From assembly GCA_050613775.1 (NCBI GenBank), contig JBODTK010000113.1, positions 124,001 to 188,000 on the forward strand: DNA of 64,000 bases, read 5' to 3'. Of this stretch, positions 49,523 through 62,828 are shown one piece after another. A model generated the notes under the pieces. The model was not told the DNA's origin. It saw only the letters and a program-made list of their open reading frames with translations, and did not search any database. Positions within the stretch are counted from its first letter, which is position 1, and each line of letters starts with the position of its first letter. Origin of the DNA: Neocallimastix sp. 'constans'. Its lineage: Eukaryota. The position numbers and the translations under genes are program-made.

Positions 49523-50922
49523 ATTTTTTTAAGCTAAAGGAAATTTTATTTAAGAAAAATTAAGAAAAAAAAATGAAAAATGAAAAAATGAAATAAAGAC
49601 AAAATTTTTCCTTTTCGTTTTTTTTTTTACATTTCTTGTTTCTTAGATATATATTTGTGTTTCATCAATTAAGTACATATTTAATATATATTAATATATT
49701 AGTATTTAAAAAAAAATTGTAAAAAAAAAATTATAAAAAATGTAAAAAAAGTATTAGAAAAAAAAAATAATAATTTAATGAATGTATATTGCAAATAAAT
49801 AATCCATAATAAAATATAAATATATATGAAATTGATATATGATATATATGATATTTTAACCTAATTTTTTCTTTATTTCATTTATAAGCTTTTTTATCAA
49901 ATTAATAATATATATATTATTACATATAAAAGAAATTATTGAAAAAAATAAAAAAAAAAAAAATTATTTATAATCAATAATAGTCAAAATTAATAAAAAG
50001 ATGAAATTTATAATATTTTCTATTTATTATATATACAAATTTAGTTAAAATAAAAATAAAATAAATAAATAACAAAAAAGAGAGAGGGAAATCATGAATT
50101 TTTAGAAACATTTTATTTTTAGGGAAATAAATTCATCCAGTTTTTTTTTTTTTTTTTTTTTTTTTTTTGGAGGAATTGAATTATATAGCAAATAAATAAT
50201 TCAAAACTAAACATTAATCTATACATAACTATAAACGACATTCTAATATAATTCTTTTTTTTTTTTTTTTTTTTTAATAAATTTTTTCTGTATTTCATTT
50301 TGAAGTAAATATAGTAATGTACTAAAAAAAAAAAAAAAAAATAAAAAAAATAAATAAATAAAATATAATAATATATCTCTTAGTATACAGAAAAAAAAAA
50401 GAAAATATAAAAAAAAAAAATAAAAATAAAAATAAAAAACAAATAAATTAAAATAAAATAATTGAAAAGAATATATTAAAAATAATAATAGAATAATAAT
50501 AATAATTAATTTTATTATCATTATATTAACAATGAGATAATGATAATTAATTTATAAAAAGAATAAAAATTTTAATTTTTTCTTATATATAAATATTGCA
50601 TGAATTTAGTAAAAAAATAAATAAAAACAGAAAATAATATATGATATTACAACTATCCAATTTTTATTTTTCTTTAAAATATATATATAAATATTTTTTT
50701 TTTTTTTTCTAAATTTCTTTTATTATAATTATTAATTATATATATATATATATGTTATTTATTAAATTGGTGTAACATAATGAAAAAAAAATATATATAA
50801 ATATAAATAAAAATAAAAATTAAAAAATAAAAAGATAGAAAAAAAATAATAATAATAAATAAATGAATATATATATATAAAAAAGAAATAAAAAATAAAA
50901 TAAAATATATGGTCACAATAGA

Positions 50923-51563
50923 TTTTTTTTATTTTTTAACAGCCTCAATTATCGAGATCTTTAAACTTTATTTATTTATTCAATTATTAATTACATGAAT
51001 ATTCTAATAAAATTAATTGGTTCAAATAAAAAGAAATATTCAAAATAAATTGTAAGAAATAAAATTCAAAAAAAGTTCATATGCAACGAACCTCTCCTCT
51101 AAAATTATAAGAATTCTATTTTAAAAGGGAATTTTTATTCTGGATTAGGGTTTGAATTGACTATCTGAAAGAAATATATGGAGGCACTGACCCTACTTAG
51201 CCTGTCTTTAACTACATTTTCAACGTTTTACAATGTTTTACCCACCTGGTTTGTTTGAGTTTTATACAGTCGGAATAGCAAACATACCCTTGTCAAGTAC
51301 TAGCCCTAGGCATAATTTCTGTATAAGGAGAGCCATAGATCGCGCCAAGAATGGCGTTTTTTAGAATAATCACCAGAAATGATTTGATTCTTAAACAAAA
51401 AAAAAAAAAAAAACTTTCCCATTCCATTCCTTTTTTATAATTTAAATCTATAAATCTATAATGACCACCAAGAAGGAAGTTATATCATCGGTACCACGTC
51501 ACGTATATAGAGTTACACACTCATTTTTTCAGAAAATTATATAAACTAATACGATTTTCACCA
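50923..51563 (-). mobile_element. 5'-truncated degenerate LINE 3' end (copy 1)
   Basis: Closely similar to 51820-52298. Broken frames read FLLGG...LFKNQIISGDYS.TPFL...TEIMP, matching the C-terminus of the intact LINE ORF. The 3' UTR has CATGTA...AATAAAG and an A-tail. Confidence 0.7.
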
Positions 51564-51577
51564 TTTTTTTTTTTTAT

Positions 51578-51612
<35 letters not shown>

Positions 51613-51683
51613 CTGCAATTATTGCGAACTTTATTTATTTATTCTTTTATAAAATACATGAATACTTTTAATTTTAATAAAAA

Positions 51684-51717
<34 letters not shown>

Positions 51718-52464
51718 ACAGAATTAATAAAATAAATATCATTTGTCCATTTTGAACATAAAAATATTTGAAATAGTAACGTGAAATAAAGAGTAATAAT
51801 CAAAAATAAAATGTATAAATAAATTCAGAAAAAAGTTCATATGCAACGAACCTCTCCTCTAAGATTATAAGATTTCTGTTTTAAAAGGGAATTCTTATTC
51901 TGGATTAGGGTTTGAATTGACTATCTGAAAGAAATTTATGGTCTTCTCCTTCAGAGGCATTGGCCCTACCAAGCCTGTCTTTAACTACATTTTCAACGTT
52001 TTACAACGTTTAACGCTCCTTGGTTAGTTTGCGTTTTATACCGTCGGAATAGTAAACATACCCTTGTCAAGTACTAGCCTTAGGCATAATTTCTGTATAA
52101 GGAGAGCCATAGATCGCGCCAAGAATGGTGTTTTTTAGAATAATCACCAGAAATGATTTGGTTCTTAAACAATAAAAAAAAAACTTCCTCATTCCTCTTC
52201 CACCAAGAAGGAAATTATATCATTGGTACCACGTCAAGTATATATAGTTACACACTCATTTTTTCAGAAAATTGCTTAAATTAACACGATTTTCATCAAT
52301 TAAACTATTCACTACATTACATTATTAGTAACGATATTATTATTTTCACTATCACTAATATTAATATTCCTATTTTCCTCTATTACTAATATTTCTATAA
52401 TTTACATAATTATTTCTATTGTTTCAATTATTATTAATATTATTATTATTGTTATTATTATTAA

Positions 52465-52534
<70 letters not shown>

Positions 52535-52535
52535 T
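51564..52535 (-). mobile_element. 5'-truncated degenerate LINE 3' end (copy 2)
   Basis: Poly(A) tail (poly-T 51564-51608) and the same 3' UTR motifs. Remnant peptide YNFLLGG...TPFLARSMALL.EIMP...TKSV.VV. The 5' limit within the Asn-rich/(AAT)n tract is approximate. Confidence 0.7.
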
Positions 52536-52566
52536 TATATCTTAAATATTTTATATAGTTTATATA

Positions 52567-53083
52567 TATATATATTTTTTTAACAGCAGCAAACTTGTTT
52601 CATCTTTATTAATTAAATATATGATAAAATACATGTAATAAAAAGAAAAAAAAAAGATAAAAAATAAACAAAAAAAAAAAAAAAAAAAAAAAAAAACGCA
52701 AAATAAAATAAAGTAATGGTATAAAGTATTCTAGTTTCATTTAATTAATATCTGTAAGACTTCACAAGGGCATTATTATACTGAAGTATAATAATTAATT
52801 TTGACTTCCCAATGTTAATCATCATTTTAAGATACGAAATTATGATCTTCATTGGTTGCGCTAGTCCTGCTGGCCTGTCTTACTATTTCTTCAGCATTGA
52901 CACTCTTGGTAGTAGTAGTACGATTCGATTTGAACCTATTGAACAAAGACCATTGCTGGCCAATAGCAATAGGTATAATCGATTGAAGAAGTGCCGCTGT
53001 AACCACCAAGAATGGAGTACCTGATTTCATCTGGCACTTAAATAGATCTTTCCATTCCCTTGTACTGTTATTAATACTTCGAG
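52567..53083 (-). mobile_element. 5'-truncated LINE 3' end of a different subfamily, with a 17-bp target-site duplication (copy 3)
   Basis: Open frame ...REWKDLFKCQMKSGTPFLVVTAALLQSIIPIAIGQQWSLFNRF...TKSVNAEEIVRQ aligns by eye with LINE SYFVGLAEFLTNVMPIVIGDFYTMIDLY...VKSVDVVTIRQ. Flanked by TTTATATAGTTTATATA at 52550-52566 and 53084-53100. Confidence 0.8.
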
Positions 53084-53582
53084 TTTATATAGTTTATATA
53101 TTATATATATATATATTTCTATTTTATATGTATTCATTCTATTTTAAACTTAAAAGAGAGAGCGTGAGTGCGTGCCCCTCTAGAAACACTTTATTTTAAA
53201 TAAAAAAAGTTGGAGAGTTTTATTTTAATATTTACAAATTTTATTTTTTTATTTAATCTATGATGATAATGATAGTAATTTATGTTATTAATTTTATATT
53301 TATTAATGATTTGTATATATCTATTTATACTTTTTTTTTAATATATATATTTATTTTGTAAAATAAAATTCAATTTTTTTTTTTTTTTTTTATACTACAT
53401 GCATATTTTAATTAATTAAAAAAAAAATTAAAAAATAAAGTTATTTTATTATTATTTTTATAATAATAAAAATAAAACAAATAATCTCTATTAAATAATT
53501 TAAATACTTCATAAAATGAAAAAAAAAAAAAATCAAATATTTATCTATATTTATAAAATTTCTGGTTTACTTTGAACTAAGC

Positions 53583-55638
53583 TTATGATGAATTTTGAGC
53601 AGCAGCATTCGAGGCAGCTTGTTGAACAAGTGGAGTCATATCAGCAAAGTTTGAAATTTCAGACATTTCAGTGAAACTACGGTATCTACCTAAATTACCT
53701 CTATTATTTTCCGGTAATTCTAAGGATTCAAAGTAAGTTTCCAATAATCCAGAAGCAGCTAAAATAAGACCTAAGAAAAGTGGTGATGGATTTAATGGAC
53801 GAGTTTTGTACTCTGGATGGAATTGAGAAGCAACAAAGTATGGGTGACCTTCTAATTCTAAAATTTCCATACGTTCACCAGTTTCATCACGACCAACAAA
53901 ACGAAGTCCATGCTTTTCTAACTCTGGTACATATTTTGGATTAACTTCGTATCTATGACGATGTCTTTCACTAATAGATTCACGACCACCGTAAAGCTTC
54001 TTTGCAATACTATCGTAATCCTTAACAAAGTTAGTAACTCTTGAACCTAAACGCATAGTTCCACCCATTTGAGTCTTAGAACCTTCTGGCATAAAAATAA
54101 CCAATGGAGTTGTACCTTCAGTCTTTAATTCATCAGAGTGAGCATTTTCAATACCACATACATTTCTAGCGAATTCAATAGCAGCTAACTGAAGACCTAA
54201 ACAAATACCTAAGAATGGAATATTAAATTCTCTAGCCCTCTTAATAGCAGCAATTTTTCCTTCAACACCACGCTCTCCAAAACCACCTGGAACAAGAATA
54301 CCATCAGCGGTACAAAGCTTCTTCCAAGATTCATGATATTTAATTGGATCAGTAGCACAAGTTTCCTCTTCTAAATCAGTAGCTTCAACCCAATTGATAA
54401 CTAACTTTCTGTTACAAGCCATAGCTGCATGATGTAAAGCCTTAGAAACAGAAATGTAAGAATCTTGAAGATTGGTATATTTACCAACTAAAACAATAGT
54501 AGTAGTATCTTGAAGACGGTCATGTCTCTTAGTAAGTTCTACCCACTTTCTGAAAAGATTACCCTTTGTTGGATCAACATTTGGAGCAATCTTTAATTTT
54601 TCTCTAATGATATCAAGAACACCTTGTGAATGAAGTAATAATGGAACATGGTATAAGGAATTACAATCATGAACACCAATAACATTTTCTGGCTTAACGT
54701 GGCAGAACATAGAAATCTTGTTCTTTATTTCAATATCTAATGGCTTGGAACTTCTGCAAGCAATCATATCTGGAGAAAGACCTAAACCTCTTAAATCTCT
54801 AACACTACTTTGAGTTGGTTTAGTCTTTTGTTCACCAACAGAACCAACAACTGGAACAAGAGAAACATGAATTAAGAAGAAATTTTCAATACCAACCCTG
54901 AATTGGAATTGACGCATAGCTTCAATAAATGGAGCAGATTCAATATCACCAACAGTACCACCAAGTTCAATAATACAAATATCTGGTTCTTCATTACTGT
55001 CATCAACTGGCTTTTTAGCAACTCTTTCAATCCAGTTTTGAATAGCATTAGTAATATGCGGAACAACTTGAACAGTTTTACCTAAGTAGTCACCACGTCT
55101 TTCACGTTCAATAACTTCTCTGTAAATCTTACCAGTGGTAATATTGTTATCTCTACCTAATCTGACATCTAAAAATCTTTCATAATTACCAAGATCTAAA
55201 TCGACTTCACCACCATCATCTAATACAAAAACTTCACCTATTTATTTATTATATAATAATAAATAATAAATAAATAAAATTAATACCCTTTAATCATTCT
55301 CTTTTTTTTTACTCAATACTATAAAAATATATATATATATTTTTATAGTTCAAACATAAATTTATTTTTTAACTTAAAACTTTAAAATATATATAGTATT
55401 TCCATTTTACTTCAAATTATTTTTATTCAATTTCAATTGTTTCTTTTTTAAAAAAAAAAAATAAATATTTACCATGATCAAGTGGACTTAAAGTACCAGC
55501 ATCAATATTTAAATATGGATCAATTTTAATTGAAGTAACTCTTAAACCCAAAGTTTTCATAAGAAAACCAGTAGAAGAGGCAATAACACCCTTACCGATA
55601 CCAGAAATAACACCACCAGTAACGAGAATATATTTCAT
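53583..55638 (-). CDS. URA7: CTP synthase, 2 exons (55473-55638, 53583-55237), 606 aa
   Basis: [17 protein letters not shown]...[37 protein letters not shown]...KTKPTQ...GICLGLQ...[10 protein letters not shown]...QFHPEY. Confidence 0.98.
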
Positions 55639-57894
55639 TTTTATTTATTTTTATATTTAATAAAGAAAATAAAATACGAAAATAAATAAATAATAAATAA
55701 AGCTCTAATAATAAATAATTTAAATTATTAATAATATAAATATATATTTATTAATAAAAATGTAAATAAAAAAAAAAGATGTTATAAGTATAAATATTAA
55801 TTTCTTAATATTTCTATATAAAACTTCTTTTTTTTTTATAATAAATTAATTTGACATAAAATGTGTAATTTAAAAAAAAAGTTTTTTCTACTTTTTTTTT
55901 TTTTTTTTTTTATAATTAATTATCAAAAAAAAAAAAAAAAAAAAAATTTCTGACCAATCATTTCGACTTTTGAAAATATAAAAAAAGATTTCCCATTAAT
56001 AAAAAGTGATCCTATTCAATTATATATATTCAAAATTATATTAACTAAATATATATATATTAAATATTTTAATAATTATAATATTATAATAACTATAAAT
56101 TTATCATAGAATGAAAACTTTAAATCTTTTTATATTACATATAAATAGCCAATATTAATTTTTTATTTTTTATTATGTATAATACATTATAAAATTAATA
56201 ATAGATGTAAAAAAAAAAAATATATATATATATATATATCGATAAAAACAAATAGAAATAAAAACATTTTTAATAATTATTAATTATATATGAAAAATTA
56301 TATATTAATAACATTACTAATATTACTAATTATAACATAATCTTATAACAAATAATAATCTTATAACAAATAATAATCTTTTAATAAATAATAAACTTAA
56401 AATAAATAATAACCTTATAATATTATAACAAATAATAATTAATAATTATATAAGGAATAAAATAAAGAATAAAAAAGAAAAGAAAAAAAGAAAAAAAGGT
56501 ACTAGTAATAAAAATTAGTATAAAAAAATGGTTAAACACTGAAATATATTATAAGTCATGTTGATGTGTTGCTTTAAATCTAATAAAATAATTTTATTGA
56601 GTGTCATCTAAATTTTTTGTAAATTCCAGATTGAATAATAAAATGAAAAGGCTATTAGTTATTCTTTTATATAATGAATATTACATATATATATAATATT
56701 CATTATTAATAAATATTATAAATAATAAAATGAAATAATAAATATAAAAATACTATATATACTGTTATAAACTAAATAAAATGAAAATAATAAATATAAA
56801 TATGTAATATTCATTATTAATAACTATTATACACTAATAAAATGAAAATAATATAAAAAATACTTAAATATATATTTTAGTTATTTTATTCTATAAATAT
56901 AACTGTACCAAATAGAATTTATTTGGTATATTTATTTTAAGAATAAATATTAATAAAATATGTAAATTCTAAAAAATTTTAATGCAATTTTTACAAATAT
57001 TTTCATGCTATATATGATACACCATTATTATTGCATTAAATGTAAGCAATTCATTCATTATTAATTATCATTTAGTGAATAATCATAATTTATTTATTTA
57101 TTTATTTATTATTTTTAAATTTACTTACTTTCAAATTTTATTTTTATTTAATTATAAGTTTTGACTAATATATTTTTATAATTATTAGAATTTTTTATTT
57201 CTAATTAATTATTTTTTTTTAAAGTTTCATTTATTAAAATATCTTCTCCTTTAAAGGTATCATATTATCATTTGTATTCACAAATAAAATTGTGTTATAT
57301 TAAATTGGTAATATGAATCATATAAGTTACATCTATAAAGAATAAACTTGGGTTTTATTCTATTATCGTTATATTTAATTCATGGAATAGCAATGTTGAA
57401 ATTAATATGATAAAATCATTCAATTAAAGGTTACAACATTAATTCAATTTATCAATTTTCATTAAATATTATATCTAAAAAAAGTTTATAATTTTATAAT
57501 TGCACTTTTATTTTATTAAATTTATTTTCATAGTAAAAGTATTTTGAGCTTAACATTATAAATATTAAATTATTGAATTTATATATATATTTAGTAAAAA
57601 ATTTAAAAATGTCTAAAGAATATTCTCAGTAGAATTAAAATTTGAATAATTAAATATTTAATTAGATGTATTTATTATATATAATATTTAAAATAAAATG
57701 TTAACAATAAAAAAAAAATAAAAACAATAATATCATAAATAAAAAAAAAATTGCATTAAAAATATCTAACCCATAATTTTTAAAAGGTTAGAGTTAAATA
57801 TATATGTATAATTTATTTAAATATATGAATTATTTACTATAATTTATATTATTAATAAAAATAATATAAAAATTCTGTAATGAATTAAATTAAC

Positions 57895-57951
<57 letters not shown>

Positions 57952-58439
57952 TTAAAAAATTAAAGTGCATTTAACAAATAAGTATTATAAATTAAATATC
58001 ATTTTTAAAATATAATTTTGTTTTAAATTTTTAATTGGTGGTTAAGTTTATTTTTTATTTTGTTTTATTTTATTGTATATTTTTAAATATAAAAATATGT
58101 AAATACACCATTTATAAGATATTTATAAGATTCCTTTTTTTTTTTTTTTTTATTTTCTATTTTTATTTTTTATTTGTTTATATAATATTTTTATTCTATT
58201 TCATTTAATTTGTATTTAATTATATTTAAATTTATATTTAACTATTTATTTTATTTTATTTTTTTTCTTTATATTTTATTTATATATATATAAAAATAAA
58301 AGTAAAGATTGAATAAAAAAAAATTAATAAAAAAATAAATATAAAATGAAGAATATATAAAATAAAATACAATTTTTATGTTTTAATAATAAAAAAGATT
58401 ATATGGACAATATTAATAATAATAATTTTATTAAAGAGA

Positions 58440-61400
58440 TTCTTCTTTAAATAAAATAATTAAAAGTCTCATTATTGGAATCTTTAAAAACCATTGGGAA
58501 TGAATTAAAAGAAAAAAGAAATAATAATAAAAATGGAATTGGGTTCTATTTTTTATTTTAAAGTACAATAATATAAAATTAAGAAATGAAAAAAGTAATT
58601 GTATAGTGTATAAATATATAAATTTTATATTTAATTAAATAAATGTGTGAATAAATAAAATATAAAATAAATTTTTTTTTTTTGCATATAAGTAAAATTT
58701 ACTTAATCAAGGGGTTATATTAAAAAAAAAAAAAAAAAAAAATTACATATAAAAAAAAAAAAGATAGATACGAAATAAAAATTTATAAAATGTTAGTTTA
58801 TTATTATTAAAATTGTAAAAAAACTTAATGGAATTATTTCTTTAACAGATATAATATTAAATTTTACCACTTATTATTTTTAATTAATATTATTTTTTAA
58901 TAAATATTAATAACCTGAAAATACTTACTCTTCCACTAATAATAACACTCATTCAATATCTACATTTTTAATTAATTAATATAAATATTTTATATATATA
59001 ATATATATTTTATTTTATTATTATAATTATTATTAGAATAAAAAAAGTGTAAAAAATCAAAAAATTTTCATATTTTTTGAACTTTAAACTTTTAAAAAAT
59101 TTAGAAAAGCTATTTAGTTTAATTTAAATAGTGAATTAAATATATTTGATAATTAATATTAAGAAGAAATTGATAAAAAAAAGAAGCCATTCAGGTGAAG
59201 AAGAAAGGAAAAAAAATATTAATTATTTGAAAAAATTTACTTTGCCACTAATAATAAAACTCTTATTTAATATTTATATTTATAATTAATAGATAAATAC
59301 ATTTTGTTTATACAATATATATATATTTTTATTATTATAGTTATTATTAGAATAAAAAAAAAAGTATAAAAGAAAGAAAAATTTTCAATTGTTTTGAACT
59401 TCAGACTTTTAAAAAAGTTTGAGAAGTTATTTAATTTAATTTAAAAAGAATTAAATATCTTCAATAATTAACAGTGAGAATAAATTGAAAAAAAAAAAAA
59501 AAAATACAGAAATTCAAGTGAAGAAGAAAGAAAGAAAATTTTATAAAGGTAATTTTATTGTATAAAATAATTAAAAGTCTCATCATTGGAATCTTCAAAA
59601 ATCATTGGAAATGAATTAAAAAAAGAAGAAGAAGAAAAGAAGAAATAGTTACTACTATGGAATTAGATTCTATTCTACTTTATTTTTATTTGAATTTTGT
59701 TTTTAAAATAAATCAGGTATTTATTTTTTATAAACAAAATTTAAATAAAAATGAAATTATAGTCAAAGCAAAACCCCTGTCTTGTATTAGACAGTTCCTG
59801 CAATCTTTTTTAGCTAAAGATTTATTGAATTTGAAAGCCATGACTTAATTTAGACAGTTTTCAGCAATTAAAAAGTCGTAAATTTTAAAGTGCTGTCTAG
59901 TGTCAAATCAACAAATATCCATTGATGAGCGTAATGTAATTTAAATATTCTAAATTAAAAAGAAAACAAACCAAAAATTATCTTTGAAATTTAGACGAAT
60001 ACAGCAATTATTTCTTTTTTTAAAAAAATATTTTTACTATTTTTTTTGTATTAAAATTTTGAATTCTTTTCAAAATGAAAGAAAAAGAAAAATAAGTTTT
60101 AATTTTAATTCTATTTATATAAAATAAAATAAGAATTAAAAAATTTATTTAAAAATAATAATATAAATATAAATTTTAATAAAAAATAATAATAAAATTA
60201 TTATTTTAATAAGAAATAAAATAATAAAAAAAAAAAACAAGTTAATTTAATAAAAGAATTAGCATTCGTCTAGTATTCAAAAAACCAAAGAAAATAAGTT
60301 TTTTTATTTAATTCAATTTTATAAATAAAAATTTGAATTAAAAGAATTTATTTCTTAAATGGATAAAATAAAATATATTTGAATTAGGAATAATAGAAAT
60401 TATAATATATTAAGAAATATATGTAAAACAATATTTCTTTTTATATATTATTTTTATTGATCTAAATTTAAATATAATATTACAACTAATTAAAATATTG
60501 AAATAAATAAAAAAATTAAAAGAAATTTTTAAATCAAATAATAATTAATTAATAATAAAATATAAATAAAAAAAATGTAAAAGAATTTTTATAAATTATA
60601 AAAAAAATTAAATAAAGCTCAAATAATATAATCAAATTTAAAAATAAGTATGTTTATTTTTGATAACTTTTTTTTTTTCTTTTTTATATAATAATAAGAA
60701 AAAATGGCAATTCTTTTGAAGTTTATATATATATATATATATATATTTTATTTACAAATAATAATATAATTTTAAAAAATGAAAAAAGTAAAAGTTTACA
60801 TAAATGAATGAATGAATAAAATATAAAATAAATAATTTTTTCTTTTGTATTTTAAGTAAATTTTTTCTTAATCATGATAAAAAAAAAAAAAAAAAAAGAA
60901 ATGTATATATATAAAAAATAAAAATTAAAATCATTAAACTATTATTTTTTTATTATTATTAAATATTTTATAAAAAAAAAAAAAAAAGAAATACACATAT
61001 AAAAAATAAGAGTAAAAATGAAATTAATAATTTATTAAATATTTAATATAATTTTATTATATAAATATTTTTAAAAAAAATTATTAAATTATTACTTAAA
61101 TTAAACAAAGATATTACTAAACTTTACCACTAATTATTTTTAATTAATATTATTTTTAAATAAATATTAATTATTTGAAAAAATTTACTCTACCACTAAT
61201 AATAAAAATTTTTATTTAAAATTTAAAAATTTAAGTAATACATAAAAATATTTTGTTTATATTATATATATATCATTTTATTATTATAGTGATTATTAGA
61301 ATAAAAAAAAGTATAAAAGAAAGAAAAATTTTCAATTCTTTTGAACTTCAGACTTTTAAAAAAATTAGAAAAGTTATTTAATTTATAAAAAAATTAAATA

Positions 61401-62789
61401 TCTTTGATAATTCATATTAAAAAGAAATTGAAAAAAGAAAAAAAGCCATTCAAGTAAAGAAGAAAGAAAAAAAATTCTTTATTAAGGAAATTTTATTTTA
61501 ATTAAAAGTCTCATCATTGGAATCTTTAAAAACCATTGGAAATGAATTAAAATAAGAAGAAGAAGAAAAGAAGAAATAATTACTACTATGGAATTAGATT
61601 CTATTCTACTTTATTTTTATTTGAATTTTGTTTTTAAAATAAATCAGGTATTTATTTTTTATGAACAAATTTTAAATAAAAATGAAACTATAGTCAAAGC
61701 AAAACCCCTGTCTTGTGTTAGACAGTTCCTGCAATCTTTTTTAGCTATGAATTTATTGAATTTGAAAGCCATGACTTTATTTAGGCAGTTTTCAGCAATA
61801 AAAATTGTAAAGTTTTAAAATGCTGTCTAGTGTCAAATCAACAAATATCCATTGATGAGCCTAATGTAATTCGAATATTCTAAATTTAAAAGAAAACAAA
61901 CCAAAAATTATCTTTGAAATTTAGACGAATTCAGCAATCATTTCTTTTTTTAAAAAAATATTTTTACTATTTTTTTTTTTATTAAAGTTTTGAATTCTTT
62001 TCAAAATGAAAGAAAAAGAAAAATAAGTTTTAATTTTAATTCTATTTATATAAAATAAAATAAAATTAAAAAAATTTATTTATATTTAATAATATAAATA
62101 TAAATTTTAATAAAAAATAATAATAAAATTATTATTTTAATAAGAAATAAATTAAAAAAAAACAAGTTAATTAAATCAATAAATTAGCATTCGTCTAGTA
62201 TTCAAAAAACCAAAAAAAAAATAAGTTTTTTTATTTAATTCAATTTTATAAATTAAAACTTGAATTAAAAGAATTTATTTCTAAAGCGTATAAAATAAAA
62301 TATATTTGAATTAGGAATAATAGAAATTATAATATATTAAGAAATATATGTAAAATAATATTTCTTTTTATATATTATTTTTAATATTTTTATTTTAAAT
62401 ATAATATTATAACTAATTAAAATATTAAAATAAATAAAAAAATAAAAAAAATTTTTAAATAAAATAAAATAATGATTAATTAATAATACAATAATAAAAA
62501 AAATGTAAAACAAGAATTTTTTAAAATATAAAAAAAATTTAAATTTAATAAAGCTCAAATAATATAATCAAATTTAAAAATAAGTGTGTTTATTTTTGTT
62601 ATCTATTTTTTGTTTTGTTTTTGTATAATAATAAATAAAAATAGCAATTATTTCGAAGTTTATATATATATATATTATTTAAAAAATAATATTATAATTT
62701 TAAAAAAGAAAAAAAATAAAATTTTAAATAAATGAATAAATGAATAAAATATAAAATAAATATTTTTAAGTAAAATTTTTATTAATCAT

Positions 62790-62828
<39 letters not shown>

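Noticed and set aside
59921..59950. Hammerhead ribozyme at TTGATGAGC in the array, and at CTGATGA (minus strand, ~29423-29429)
   Set aside because: No correctly placed stem II followed by GAAA, and the array copy lacks the core C.
59657..61818. Duplicated 63/76-aa ORF MELDSILLYF... as a gene
   Set aside because: Part of the tandem unit; the stop position differs between copies and no motif is recognisable.
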